Shown piece after piece: positions 1-6,660 of a stretch of 39,100 bases of DNA. Each line of letters opens with the position of its first letter. Within the stretch, counting starts at the first letter, position 1. This DNA is from Escherichia phage 6925: sequence record ON637250.1; one strand, written 5' to 3'. Both the position numbers and the translations under genes were made by a program. Under the pieces are notes generated by a model. It did not search any database. It saw nothing but the letters and a program-made list of their open reading frames with translations, and was not told where the DNA came from.

Positions 1-180
1 GTTCAAGAACCTCAAGTCTCCCCATAGGCCCTCTTTCAGTCAGACTCAAGGCCCTACCCCAGTCTATCATAAGGTTGGACCGATGGTCAAGACGTCAGGT
101 CAACGATAGGTCTAGGCTATGGCTTAGGGAAGGACGATAGGTAGGGACTATGGGTCTTCTTTGAGTCTCTATCTGTATAA
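1..180. repeat. Left direct terminal repeat region (T7-like TR); the native left end appears to begin at window position 39094 (tctcaca) and continue here
   Basis: Window end plus start gives TCTCACAGTTCAAGAACCTCAAGTCTCCCCATAGG, which aligns with the T7 left end as recalled (TCTCACAGTGTACGGACCTAAAGTTCCCCCATAGG). The TR end is inferred near a GTCTCTATCTGTA motif (~165-177), by analogy with T7. Confidence 0.5.
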
Positions 181-300
181 CCATAAGTCACAACCATAGG
201 TCACAGCCTACCTCTCACAACCATAAGTCATAACCTACAGTCTCACTAACCTACAGTCTCAACCATAAGACACCAACACCTACAGTCATAGACCTACAGT
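178..300. repeat. Array of short 7-mer repeats (CCATAAG / CCTACAG) following the terminal repeat, analogous to the T7 CCTAAAG short-repeat array
   Basis: Directly visible: about 8 copies of ACC(A/T)(T/A)A(A/C)AG(T) spaced 8-20 nt apart. A related set lies at the right end (39016-39057). Confidence 0.6.
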
Positions 301-411
301 TAATAGACACAAGGCTATAGACTTAAGGTCTAAGACATGTTAGTCAAAGACTATATCCTCTTACACCATGGGGCCGACGATAGCTTAATCAATATTATTT
401 CAAATTACCTA

Positions 412-442
412 TTGACTATAGGTCCAGACTATGGCCTAATAG
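412..442 (+). promoter_or_regulatory. Candidate host sigma70-type early promoter (T7 A1-like), weak -10
   Basis: TTGACT at 412-417 followed by CTATAGG in the spacer, as in T7 A1; the -10 candidate CCTAAT/TAATAG is a poor match. Confidence 0.3.
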
Positions 443-551
443 CTTCCGTCAACACGACACGGCAACAACCGGATAGTGAAGACGCCGGTCCGGTCCGGTT
501 AAGTAGTCAGCCTGTAAGACATACGAACAACAGGCAACCGACAGAAAGTAG

Positions 552-590
552 TTGACAGGCAGTAACGACTTAAAGTAATATGTACCACAT
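552..590 (+). promoter_or_regulatory. Host sigma70-type early promoter (T7 A3-like)
   Basis: TTGACA (552-557), 18-nt spacer, TAATAT (576-581), then GTACCACAT as recalled downstream of T7 A3. Confidence 0.6.
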
Positions 591-649
591 CGAAACAACG
601 GTGATGACCAACACTGAATGGTCTACCTGAAGTCCTCTGACTGAAGGGA

Positions 650-755
650 ATGCTCTTTAACAATCTGGATAAACTCTTAATGTGCGCCGATAGCGACTAA
701 CTACAGGGCCTTTGAGTCTACATCTGAAGGCCCTGACTGATAGTCACTAACTTAA
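650..755 (+). promoter_or_regulatory. Early leader with RNase III-like processing hairpin (T7 R0.3 analogue)
   Basis: GCTCTTTAACAATCTGGATAAA matches the T7 leader upstream of gene 0.3 as recalled. An imperfect inverted repeat (AGCGACTAACTACAGGGCC ... GGCCCTGACTGATAGTCACT) forms a stem with internal bubbles. Confidence 0.5.
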
Positions 756-767
756 AGGATGGACACT

Positions 768-1013
768 ATGAAACACTTAAGCACAATCACTAAACGCAAT
801 GAAGTATTCGTGAACACTAAAGGTTATGCGTGGATTCAGCTTAAAGAGATGACAGGATCGCGTCACCGTGTGGTAGTGCGCAAGGTATCAAGCAAGCAGT
901 TCAGCAACTACAGCGTCGATACTGTGCGTATAGACAACGAGACATACCTGATAGACTCGCAGATAACCGTGAGTCCTACAGTGGGCGTCTCAGCTCCTTA
1001 TTTCGCTAACTGA
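768..1013 (+). CDS. Hypothetical early protein, first gene of the early operon (about 81 aa); no T7 counterpart recognised
   Basis: ORF 759..1013 in the track. AAGGA at 755-759 sits 8 nt before the ATG at 768; the ATG at 759 has no spacer. It lies upstream of the ocr-like gene. Confidence 0.5.
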   Translation: MKHLSTITKRNEVFVNTKGYAWIQLKEMTGSRHRVVVRKVSSKQFSNYSVDTVRIDNETYLIDSQITVSPTVGVSAPYFAN

Positions 1014-1014
1014 G

Positions 1015-1068
1015 AGTGATTAACTACAGGTCGTTAGACTGATAGCGGCCTGACTGATAGTCACTAAC
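1015..1068 (+). promoter_or_regulatory. RNase III-like hairpin repeat (early intergenic)
   Basis: A second copy of the CTACAGGTC ... GGCCTGACTGATAGTCACTAAC motif, immediately before the ocr-like RBS. Confidence 0.4.
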
Positions 1069-1096
1069 ACATAATTAACTTTGAGAGGATATAACT

Positions 1097-1603
1097 ATGG
1101 AACGTAATGCTAACGCATACTATGAGCTGCTGGCTGCAACCGTTGAGGCATTTATCGAGCGTATTCAGTACGACCACCTGACTCAAGATGACGACTACAG
1201 CACTGCGCTGCATGAGGTCGTAGACGGTCAGGTTCCACACTATTACCACGAGATTTTTACGGTGATGGCTGCTGATGGTATAGACAACGAGTTCGAAGAC
1301 TCTGGGATGATACCTGAAACCAAGGACGTAACGCGTATCCTACAAGCTCGCATCTATGAGGCGCTTTATAACGATGTGTCTAATAGCTTGGATGTAGTCT
1401 GGTTTGAGGATGAAGAGGCAGACGAAGAGGATGAATATTGGGTAGTTGACGCTAAAACAGGCGCAATAATTGTGCAAGCTGTAGCTCTTGAGGTCGCTAC
1501 TGCATGTGCCAAGGTTAACTATGCGGCAGGTCGCCACCTGAAGGTGGAAGACATCAATGATAACGTAGTGTTCGACCCTGCGGCTGAGGACTGCGAGCGA
1601 TGA
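1097..1603 (+). CDS. 0.3: Ocr-like anti-restriction DNA mimic (T7 gene 0.3 homologue) with a C-terminal extension of about 50 aa
   Basis: [43 protein letters not shown] aligns with T7 Ocr as recalled ([43 protein letters not shown]), followed by an acidic [10 protein letters not shown] run. RBS GAGAGGA 7 nt upstream. T7 Ocr is 117 aa; this ORF is 168 aa. Confidence 0.85.
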   Translation: [168 protein letters not shown]

Positions 1604-1740
1604 TAAATTACGGTTTATGCCAGCACCACGTCACTAACGCCCGGCTTATGGTCAAGACCGGGCAGTTAGACCACGATTGGGCTATGCGTCTCTTGAAAGT
1701 GGTCTACAGGAGACGCAAGCGTATACACGACAGTTTACAC

Positions 1741-1795
1741 GCTAAGTGACAGACTACAGGTCATCAATGCTGGTGGCCTGACTGATAGTAATTAA
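1741..1795 (+). promoter_or_regulatory. RNase III-like hairpin repeat (early intergenic)
   Basis: A third copy: GACAGACTACAGGTCAT ... GGTGGCCTGACTGATAGTAA. Confidence 0.4.
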
Positions 1796-1812
1796 CAACT
1801 GAGAGGGAAGAT

Positions 1813-2040
1813 ATGAACACAATCACTGGTGCCATAACCAAAGGTTTTCGAGCAATTTTCGGTGAAACGCAAGAAGTATGCACCAATCATAAATTCGTAC
1901 TTTCTTGCGTAGCAGGTGACGAGTTTGACGGGTTCGATAAACTGGTGGTTTGCGACCATTGCGGACAAGAGGCTATCCAACACTCAAACGGTAAATTTGA
2001 ATTAATAGACGATAGCCTTACAGAAGGAGACGGCGAGTAA
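1813..2040 (+). CDS. Hypothetical early protein (75 aa) with four Cys (C-x8-C ... C-x2-C), possibly a zinc ribbon
   Basis: ORF with RBS GAGAGGG. Cys at residues 23, 32, 48 and 51 (CDHCG). Confidence 0.55.
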   Translation: MNTITGAITKGFRAIFGETQEVCTNHKFVLSCVAGDEFDGFDKLVVCDHCGQEAIQHSNGKFELIDDSLTEGDGE

Positions 2041-2094
2041 CCTAAATAAACAGGAGAGAACCAAATCATAGCTTGACCATAACACTGACGTGAT

Positions 2095-2145
2095 GGTACT
2101 GAGTGATAGACGAGAGGTCATCGACTGATAGGTGGCCTCAAAGAT
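2095..2145 (+). promoter_or_regulatory. RNase III-like hairpin repeat (degenerate copy)
   Basis: GAGAGGTCATCGACTGATAGGTGGCCTC resembles the other early repeats. Confidence 0.3.
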
Positions 2146-2213
2146 TACCACTTACATTGATAGGAGTTAACTATTAGCACTGCAATCGTCTGGACTATCT
2201 CAGGCTTAGTAGC

Positions 2214-2477
2214 GTGGGGAATGTTTACTCTAGTCTGCAAACTACCGGTCCTTACTCAACTGTTATGGGGCTTATGACTATGAGTATCGCACTATTGATA
2301 GCCATAGGCTATGGACTTATCGCCTACGTGCTGGTGAGAGACATCAACAAAGCGCGTAAAGTCTACAAATTCAACTATGTACGTCTGGGTAGCTGGACTG
2401 TACGTCAACCTAACGGACGATTCATGCGTAACTTAGCGAACGTCTGGGATATAGCAACACTTGGGAGCAAACTGTAA
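2214..2477 (+). CDS. Hypothetical small membrane protein; start uncertain (GTG at 2214 or an internal ATG at about 2265-2274)
   Basis: ORF with a hydrophobic segment SIALLIAIGYGLIAYVLV followed by a basic tail. No strong RBS. Its stop overlaps the next start (TAATG). Confidence 0.4.
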   Translation: MGNVYSSLQTTGPYSTVMGLMTMSIALLIAIGYGLIAYVLVRDINKARKVYKFNYVRLGSWTVRQPNGRFMRNLANVWDIATLGSKL

Positions 2478-2803
2478 TGAACAAGTCATACGGGATTAAT
2501 CTGGTACACTCTATGGACGCAGACATGCAAATGTTAAGCCTACTGGCTACCGGGTATCGTCACGGAACGTCAAGTCACTCCGCACGTCAACAGCAGGAGC
2601 GGGACCGGGTACTGCAAGCAAGACTCCGGGCTGATGGCCATATATACGAACTGATGAGTCTGGCGTATGGTGGACGACCAATCACTGACGATGGTAAACT
2701 TTTAGTCTCAGGCTGGAAGGCGATAGACCAACGGTCAACCATCAAGCACACGACTCATGGTGACTTCAGTCATCTTCACGCTAACCCACTGATATGCAAG
2801 TGA
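2477..2803 (+). CDS. Hypothetical early protein (108 aa), in the position T7 gene 0.7 occupies but not kinase-like
   Basis: ORF translationally coupled to the upstream gene (TAATG). No protein-kinase motifs recognised. Confidence 0.45.
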   Translation: MNKSYGINLVHSMDADMQMLSLLATGYRHGTSSHSARQQQERDRVLQARLRADGHIYELMSLAYGGRPITDDGKLLVSGWKAIDQRSTIKHTTHGDFSHLHANPLICK

Positions 2804-2808
2804 TTCTG

Positions 2809-2831
2809 ACTTAACTATCACTATAGGACTC
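2809..2831 (+). promoter_or_regulatory. Phage RNAP promoter, canonical copy, directly upstream of the RNAP gene
   Basis: ACTTAACTATCACTATA|GGACTC is identical in -17..-1 to the right-end promoter at 38496; +1 G at 2826. Confidence 0.6.
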
Positions 2832-2900
2832 AAGGTCTAAGACTCCAAGTGAAAGACCAAAGAGACTCTAAGTGAAAGACTAATAACAAGGACTTTAAGT

Positions 2901-5582
2901 ATGAGCGTCATCTCTATTGACAAGCACGACTTCTCTGATGTGTCGAACGCCATTGAGCCGTTTAACCTACTGGCTGACCACTACGGGCAAGACCTTGCAG
3001 TCAAACAGCTTCAGCTTGAGCACGAGGCATACACTGAAGGCGAGCGACGTTTCATCAAGAACCTTGAGAGACAGACTGAGCGAGGGGAACTGGCAGACAA
3101 TCAGGTCGCCAAGCCTTTGATGCAGACTCTGGTCCCTAAGATTGCGCAAGCCGTCAAGGAGTGGCATGAAGGTCCAGACGGGAAGCTGTCAACCTCTCGT
3201 CCAAGCGTAGCGTTCACCGTGTTGAGCACTGAAGAGAAGGCCGTCAAGGACCGCTCTATGCGCATCTCCTGTGAGTCCGCTGCGGTTATCATACTGAAGG
3301 TCATACTCTCCAAGCTGGTCAAGCCTGAAGGGATACCGATTACACCGATGGCCTCCGCGATAGGTCGCACACTTGAGGACGAAATCCGCTTCGGTCGCAT
3401 CCGTGACAAAGAGAAAGAGCACTTCAAGAAGGCGATAGCTGATAACCTGAATAAGCGGGCCGGGGCGTCATACAAGAAAGCCTACATGCAAGCGGTCGAG
3501 GCGTCCATGCTGGAGCAAGGCCAACTGGAAGATGCGTGGGGGACTTGGAGTCCTACAGAGGCTGTCCACGTTGGCATCAAGATGCTCGAGATTGTCATCC
3601 AGTCAACACAACTGGTCGAGCTTAAGCGGTACGGTGCTGGCAATGCAGCGGCTGATGTAGAGATGGTCCACCTGTCAGACTTCTGGGTCAAGAAGATGGC
3701 ACAACGAGGATTCAGCCTTGCGGGTATCGCTCCAGTCTATCAGCCTTGCGTCGTTCCACCTAAGCCGTGGACTGGTGTCGTAGGCGGTGGGTATTGGGCC
3801 AAAGGTCGAAGACCATTGCCACTGATTCGCTTAGGGTCTAAGTCTGCGGTATCACGCTACGAAGACGTGTATATGCCTGAAGTCTATGACGCTGTGAACA
3901 TCATTCAGAATACACCTTGGAAAGTGAACAAGAAGGTTCTGGAAGTGGTGAACATGGTCGAGAAGCTGAACAACACGCCTATTGATGACATCCCTCAGAT
4001 GGAACCGCTGAAGCCTGAGGACTATGCTGGTGAGACTGAAGAAGAACTCAAGGCATGGAAGAAGGCTGCTGCTGGTATCTATCGCCGCGAGAAGGCCAGA
4101 CAGTCACGAAGATTGTCACTGAGCTTTATCGTCAACCAAGCGAACAAGTTCTCTCAGTTCAAGGCCATCTGGTTCCCGTATAACATGGACTGGCGCGGTC
4201 GCGTCTACGCTGTGCCGATGTTCAACCCTCAGGGTAACGACATGCAAAAGGGTCTTCTGACTCTGGCAGTTGGTAAGCCTATTGGTGCTGATGGTTTCAA
4301 ATGGCTGAAGGTCCACGGTGCAAACTGCGCGGGTGTCGATAAAGTCACCTTCGAGGAGCGTATCAAGTGGGTGGAAGATAACCACGACAACATCATGGCT
4401 GCTGCCAAGGCACCGATGGATAGCATTGAGTGGTGGGGCAAGTTAGACTCTCCGTTCTGCTTCCTAGCGTTCTGCTTCGAGTATGCTGGCGTAATGCACC
4501 ACGGCTTGTCTTACTCCTGCTCGCTGCCGATAGCGTTCGATGGGTCCTGCTCTGGGATTCAGCACTTCAGCGCTATGCTTCGCGACCACATCGGTGGACA
4601 TGCAGTAAACCTGACGCCATCCGGTAAGGTCCAAGACATCTACCGCATCGTGTCTGACCGCATTGAGGAGGAGCTTAAAGTCCTACTGGTTAACGGTACG
4701 GACAACGAGATGGTAACTCACGAGGACAAGAAAACTGGTGAGATTACCGAACGTATCAAGCTGGGGACACGAGAGCTTGCCCGTCAGTGGCTGACCTACG
4801 GTATGTCACGAAAGGTCACTAAGCGTTCGGTCATGACTCTGGCCTACGGGTCGAAAGAGTACGGCTTCGCAGACCAAGTTTACGAGGACATCGTGATGCC
4901 AGCGATTGACTCAGGGTCTGGCGCTATGTTCACTGAACCAAGCCAAGCATCTCGCTTCATGGCTAAGATGATTTGGGAAGCTGTGAGTGTGACCGTAGTT
5001 GCTGCGGTTGACGCGATGAAGTGGCTTCAGGGTGCTGCCAAGCTGCTGGCTGCTGAAGTGAAGGACAAGAAGACTGGCGAAATCCTGAAGCCATGCCTTC
5101 CGGTACACTGGGTAACACCTGATGGTTTCCCTGTCTGGCAGGAATACCGCAAGAAGGATACCACTCGTCTGAACCTGATGTTCTTAGGGTCATTCAACCT
5201 TCAGCCTACAGTCAACAAAGGAACGAAGAAAGAGCTTGACAAGCACAAGCAGGAGTCAGGCATTAGCCCTAACTTCGTCCACTCACAAGATGGTAGCCAC
5301 CTGCGGAAGACTGTAGTCCACACTCACCGCAAGTATGGCGTGATGTCATTCGCAGTGATTCACGATAGCTTCGGGACCATCCCTGCTGACGCTGAGTATC
5401 TGTTCCGTGGTGTCCGTGAGACGATGGTCGAGACATACCGCGATAACGATGTGCTGCTTGACTTCTACGAGCAGTTTGAATACCAGCTTCATGAAAGTCA
5501 GCGCGACAAGTTGCCTGAGCTTCCGAAGAAAGGTAAACTGAATATCGAAGACATCTTGTCTTCAGACTTTGCATTCGCTTAA
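2901..5582 (+). CDS. 1: T7-like single-subunit DNA-dependent RNA polymerase
   Basis: 893 aa, collinear with T7 RNAP as recalled, including DGSCSGIQHFSAMLRD, HDSFGT and the C-terminal FAFA. RBS AAGGA. Confidence 0.97.
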   Translation: MSVISIDKHDFSDVSNAIEPFNLLADHYGQDLAVKQLQLEHEAYTEGERRFIKNLERQTERGELADNQVAKPLMQTLVPKIAQAVKEWHEGPDGKLSTSRPSVAFTVLSTEEKAVKDRSMRISCESAAVIILKVILSKLVKPEGIPITPMASAIGRTLEDEIRFGRIRDKEKEHFKKAIADNLNKRAGASYKKAYMQAVEASMLEQGQLEDAWGTWSPTEAVHVGIKMLEIVIQSTQLVELKRYGAGNAAADVEMVHLSDFWVKKMAQRGFSLAGIAPVYQPCVVPPKPWTGVVGGGYWAKGRRPLPLIRLGSKSAVSRYEDVYMPEVYDAVNIIQNTPWKVNKKVLEVVNMVEKLNNTPIDDIPQMEPLKPEDYAGETEEELKAWKKAAAGIYRREKARQSRRLSLSFIVNQANKFSQFKAIWFPYNMDWRGRVYAVPMFNPQGNDMQKGLLTLAVGKPIGADGFKWLKVHGANCAGVDKVTFEERIKWVEDNHDNIMAAAKAPMDSIEWWGKLDSPFCFLAFCFEYAGVMHHGLSYSCSLPIAFDGSCSGIQHFSAMLRDHIGGHAVNLTPSGKVQDIYRIVSDRIEEELKVLLVNGTDNEMVTHEDKKTGEITERIKLGTRELARQWLTYGMSRKVTKRSVMTLAYGSKEYGFADQVYEDIVMPAIDSGSGAMFTEPSQASRFMAKMIWEAVSVTVVAAVDAMKWLQGAAKLLAAEVKDKKTGEILKPCLPVHWVTPDGFPVWQEYRKKDTTRLNLMFLGSFNLQPTVNKGTKKELDKHKQESGISPNFVHSQDGSHLRKTVVHTHRKYGVMSFAVIHDSFGTIPADAEYLFRGVRETMVETYRDNDVLLDFYEQFEYQLHESQRDKLPELPKKGKLNIEDILSSDFAFA

Positions 5583-5597
5583 CAGGAGGAGAAGTAT

Positions 5598-5828
5598 ATG
5601 TCAATGAAACTTGTAGCACACAACAGGATATACAACGATGGGTCTGGACGTTGCCATGTAGAGCTGACTTATAAGGATTTAATCATTCTCCGAGACAGAT
5701 TACAGTCGGGTGTGACTGGGTGGATTCAACCTAACGAGTACAACCTTATAGCTTCGATTGATGAAGTTCTTAACGCGTGGATGGAAGACGAGCGCATTCA
5801 GCATCCGTCATTCCCTCTAATTAGATAA
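5598..5828 (+). CDS. Hypothetical protein (76 aa) immediately after the RNAP gene
   Basis: Strong RBS AGGAGGAG 7 nt before the ATG. No match to T7 gp1.1 or gp1.2 as recalled. Confidence 0.55.
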   Translation: MSMKLVAHNRIYNDGSGRCHVELTYKDLIILRDRLQSGVTGWIQPNEYNLIASIDEVLNAWMEDERIQHPSFPLIR

Positions 5829-5838
5829 GGAGAGAGTT

Positions 5839-6054
5839 ATGAAATTTGCACACAAGCATACTGGCGTTAATGGTGGGACTCAAATCGTGACCGTAACAGA
5901 ACACAACGGCAAGGGTCTGGTGAAGACCACGGTCATCCCTACCGAGATGTCCAAGCAGCTTAACATCCCGTTCAAGACTCTTGTATATCTGGTCGAGTCC
6001 AGCCACGAGAAGTACCTGAAGGACGCAGTGTCCAAGCTGGAGCAGGCCAAATGA
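5839..6054 (+). CDS. Hypothetical protein (71 aa)
   Basis: Strong RBS TAAGGAGAG before the ATG. Confidence 0.55.
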   Translation: MKFAHKHTGVNGGTQIVTVTEHNGKGLVKTTVIPTEMSKQLNIPFKTLVYLVESSHEKYLKDAVSKLEQAK

Positions 6055-6128
6055 CAGACATACAGTTACTGGCCCTGTGGCTGGGAGCACTCGCAGTATT
6101 CACTTTAATCCAACGCAGAAGAGGTTAA
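6051..6128 (+). CDS. Possible mini-ORF encoding a 25-aa hydrophobic peptide (MTDIQLLALWLGALAVFTLIQRRRG)
   Basis: ATG overlaps the upstream stop (ATGA), with GGAG 8 nt upstream. Single hydrophobic helix. Too short to be in the ORF track. Confidence 0.25.
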   Translation: MTDIQLLALWLGALAVFTLIQRRRG

Positions 6129-6129
6129 C

Positions 6130-6152
6130 CCTAAACTATCACTATAGGATTA
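6130..6152 (+). promoter_or_regulatory. Phage RNAP promoter (phi1.1-like)
   Basis: CCTAAACTATCACTATA|GGATTA; +1 at 6147. Confidence 0.7.
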
Positions 6153-6195
6153 GACTCAAGGTCATGACTCAAAGTCGTGGCCTTCATGATTAACC
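6148..6195 (+). promoter_or_regulatory. RNase III-like processing site (R1.1-like)
   Basis: TAGACTCAAGGTCATGACTCAAAGTCGTGGCCTTCATGATTAA has the CTCAAGG ... GTGGCC-TTTATGAT pattern of T7 R sites; the same pattern recurs at 13213 and 36093. Confidence 0.55.
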
Positions 6196-6225
6196 CTAAA
6201 TAAACACTACTGGAGATTTAACCGT

Positions 6226-6405
6226 ATGTATCAGAACACTATCAACTTCGAGCGCATCCGTGAACGTCAGCAGACTGAAGGTTACATCCCTAAGGGCCGC
6301 AAGCTGAACAAGACCAAGCGTGGCGGTGGTGTCAAGGGTGCTTTCCGTAACGCTGAAGGCAAAGACTCTATGGTCAACCAAGAGAAGTATTTCGTAGGAG
6401 CGTAA
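6226..6405 (+). CDS. 1.1: Gene 1.1-like small basic protein (59 aa)
   Basis: Own translation: MYQNTINFERIRERQQTEGYIPKGRKLNKTKRGGGVKGAF... The KGRKLNKTKR block matches T7 gp1.1 as recalled. GGAG RBS. Below the 60-aa track cutoff. Confidence 0.65.
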   Translation: MYQNTINFERIRERQQTEGYIPKGRKLNKTKRGGGVKGAFRNAEGKDSMVNQEKYFVGA

Positions 6406-6408
6406 GAC

Positions 6409-6660
6409 ATGAGCAGACGTTGGGTATTCGATGCGTCCACCAGCCAGTGGTCATCGTTAGGCCGGACACACCGCGAGCTGAGTGAGGCAGGACTTGAGGT
6501 CAGAATGGATGTCCTGCCGTGCTCCGGAAAGACTCTGGTCCTAATCATTGAAGCAGACGGTTGGAGGATTCTGGCCTCCCGCGAATTTACCAAAGATGAA
6601 ATCTTTAGCTGTGAGCAATGGTGCTTACAACAATTGAACGCTTATAGGAGCTGGAAATAA
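6409..6660 (+). CDS. Gene 1.2-like protein (dGTPase-inhibitor position), 83 aa
   Basis: Position after 1.1 and before the ligase; weak C-terminal resemblance to T7 gp1.2 (ends ...WK). RBS TAGGAG. Confidence 0.5.
   Translation: MSRRWVFDASTSQWSSLGRTHRELSEAGLEVRMDVLPCSGKTLVLIIEADGWRILASREFTKDEIFSCEQWCLQQLNAYRSWK

Noticed and set aside
178-300. Possible CRISPR-like array
   Set aside because: The repeats are 7-mers with irregular 8-20 nt spacing and no spacer structure. They match the T7-type terminal short-repeat arrays, not a CRISPR.
337-555. 72-aa + strand ORF in the left leader region
   Set aside because: It lies upstream of and across the host-type early promoters, has no RBS, and the corresponding T7 region is non-coding. 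Likely a chance ORF.
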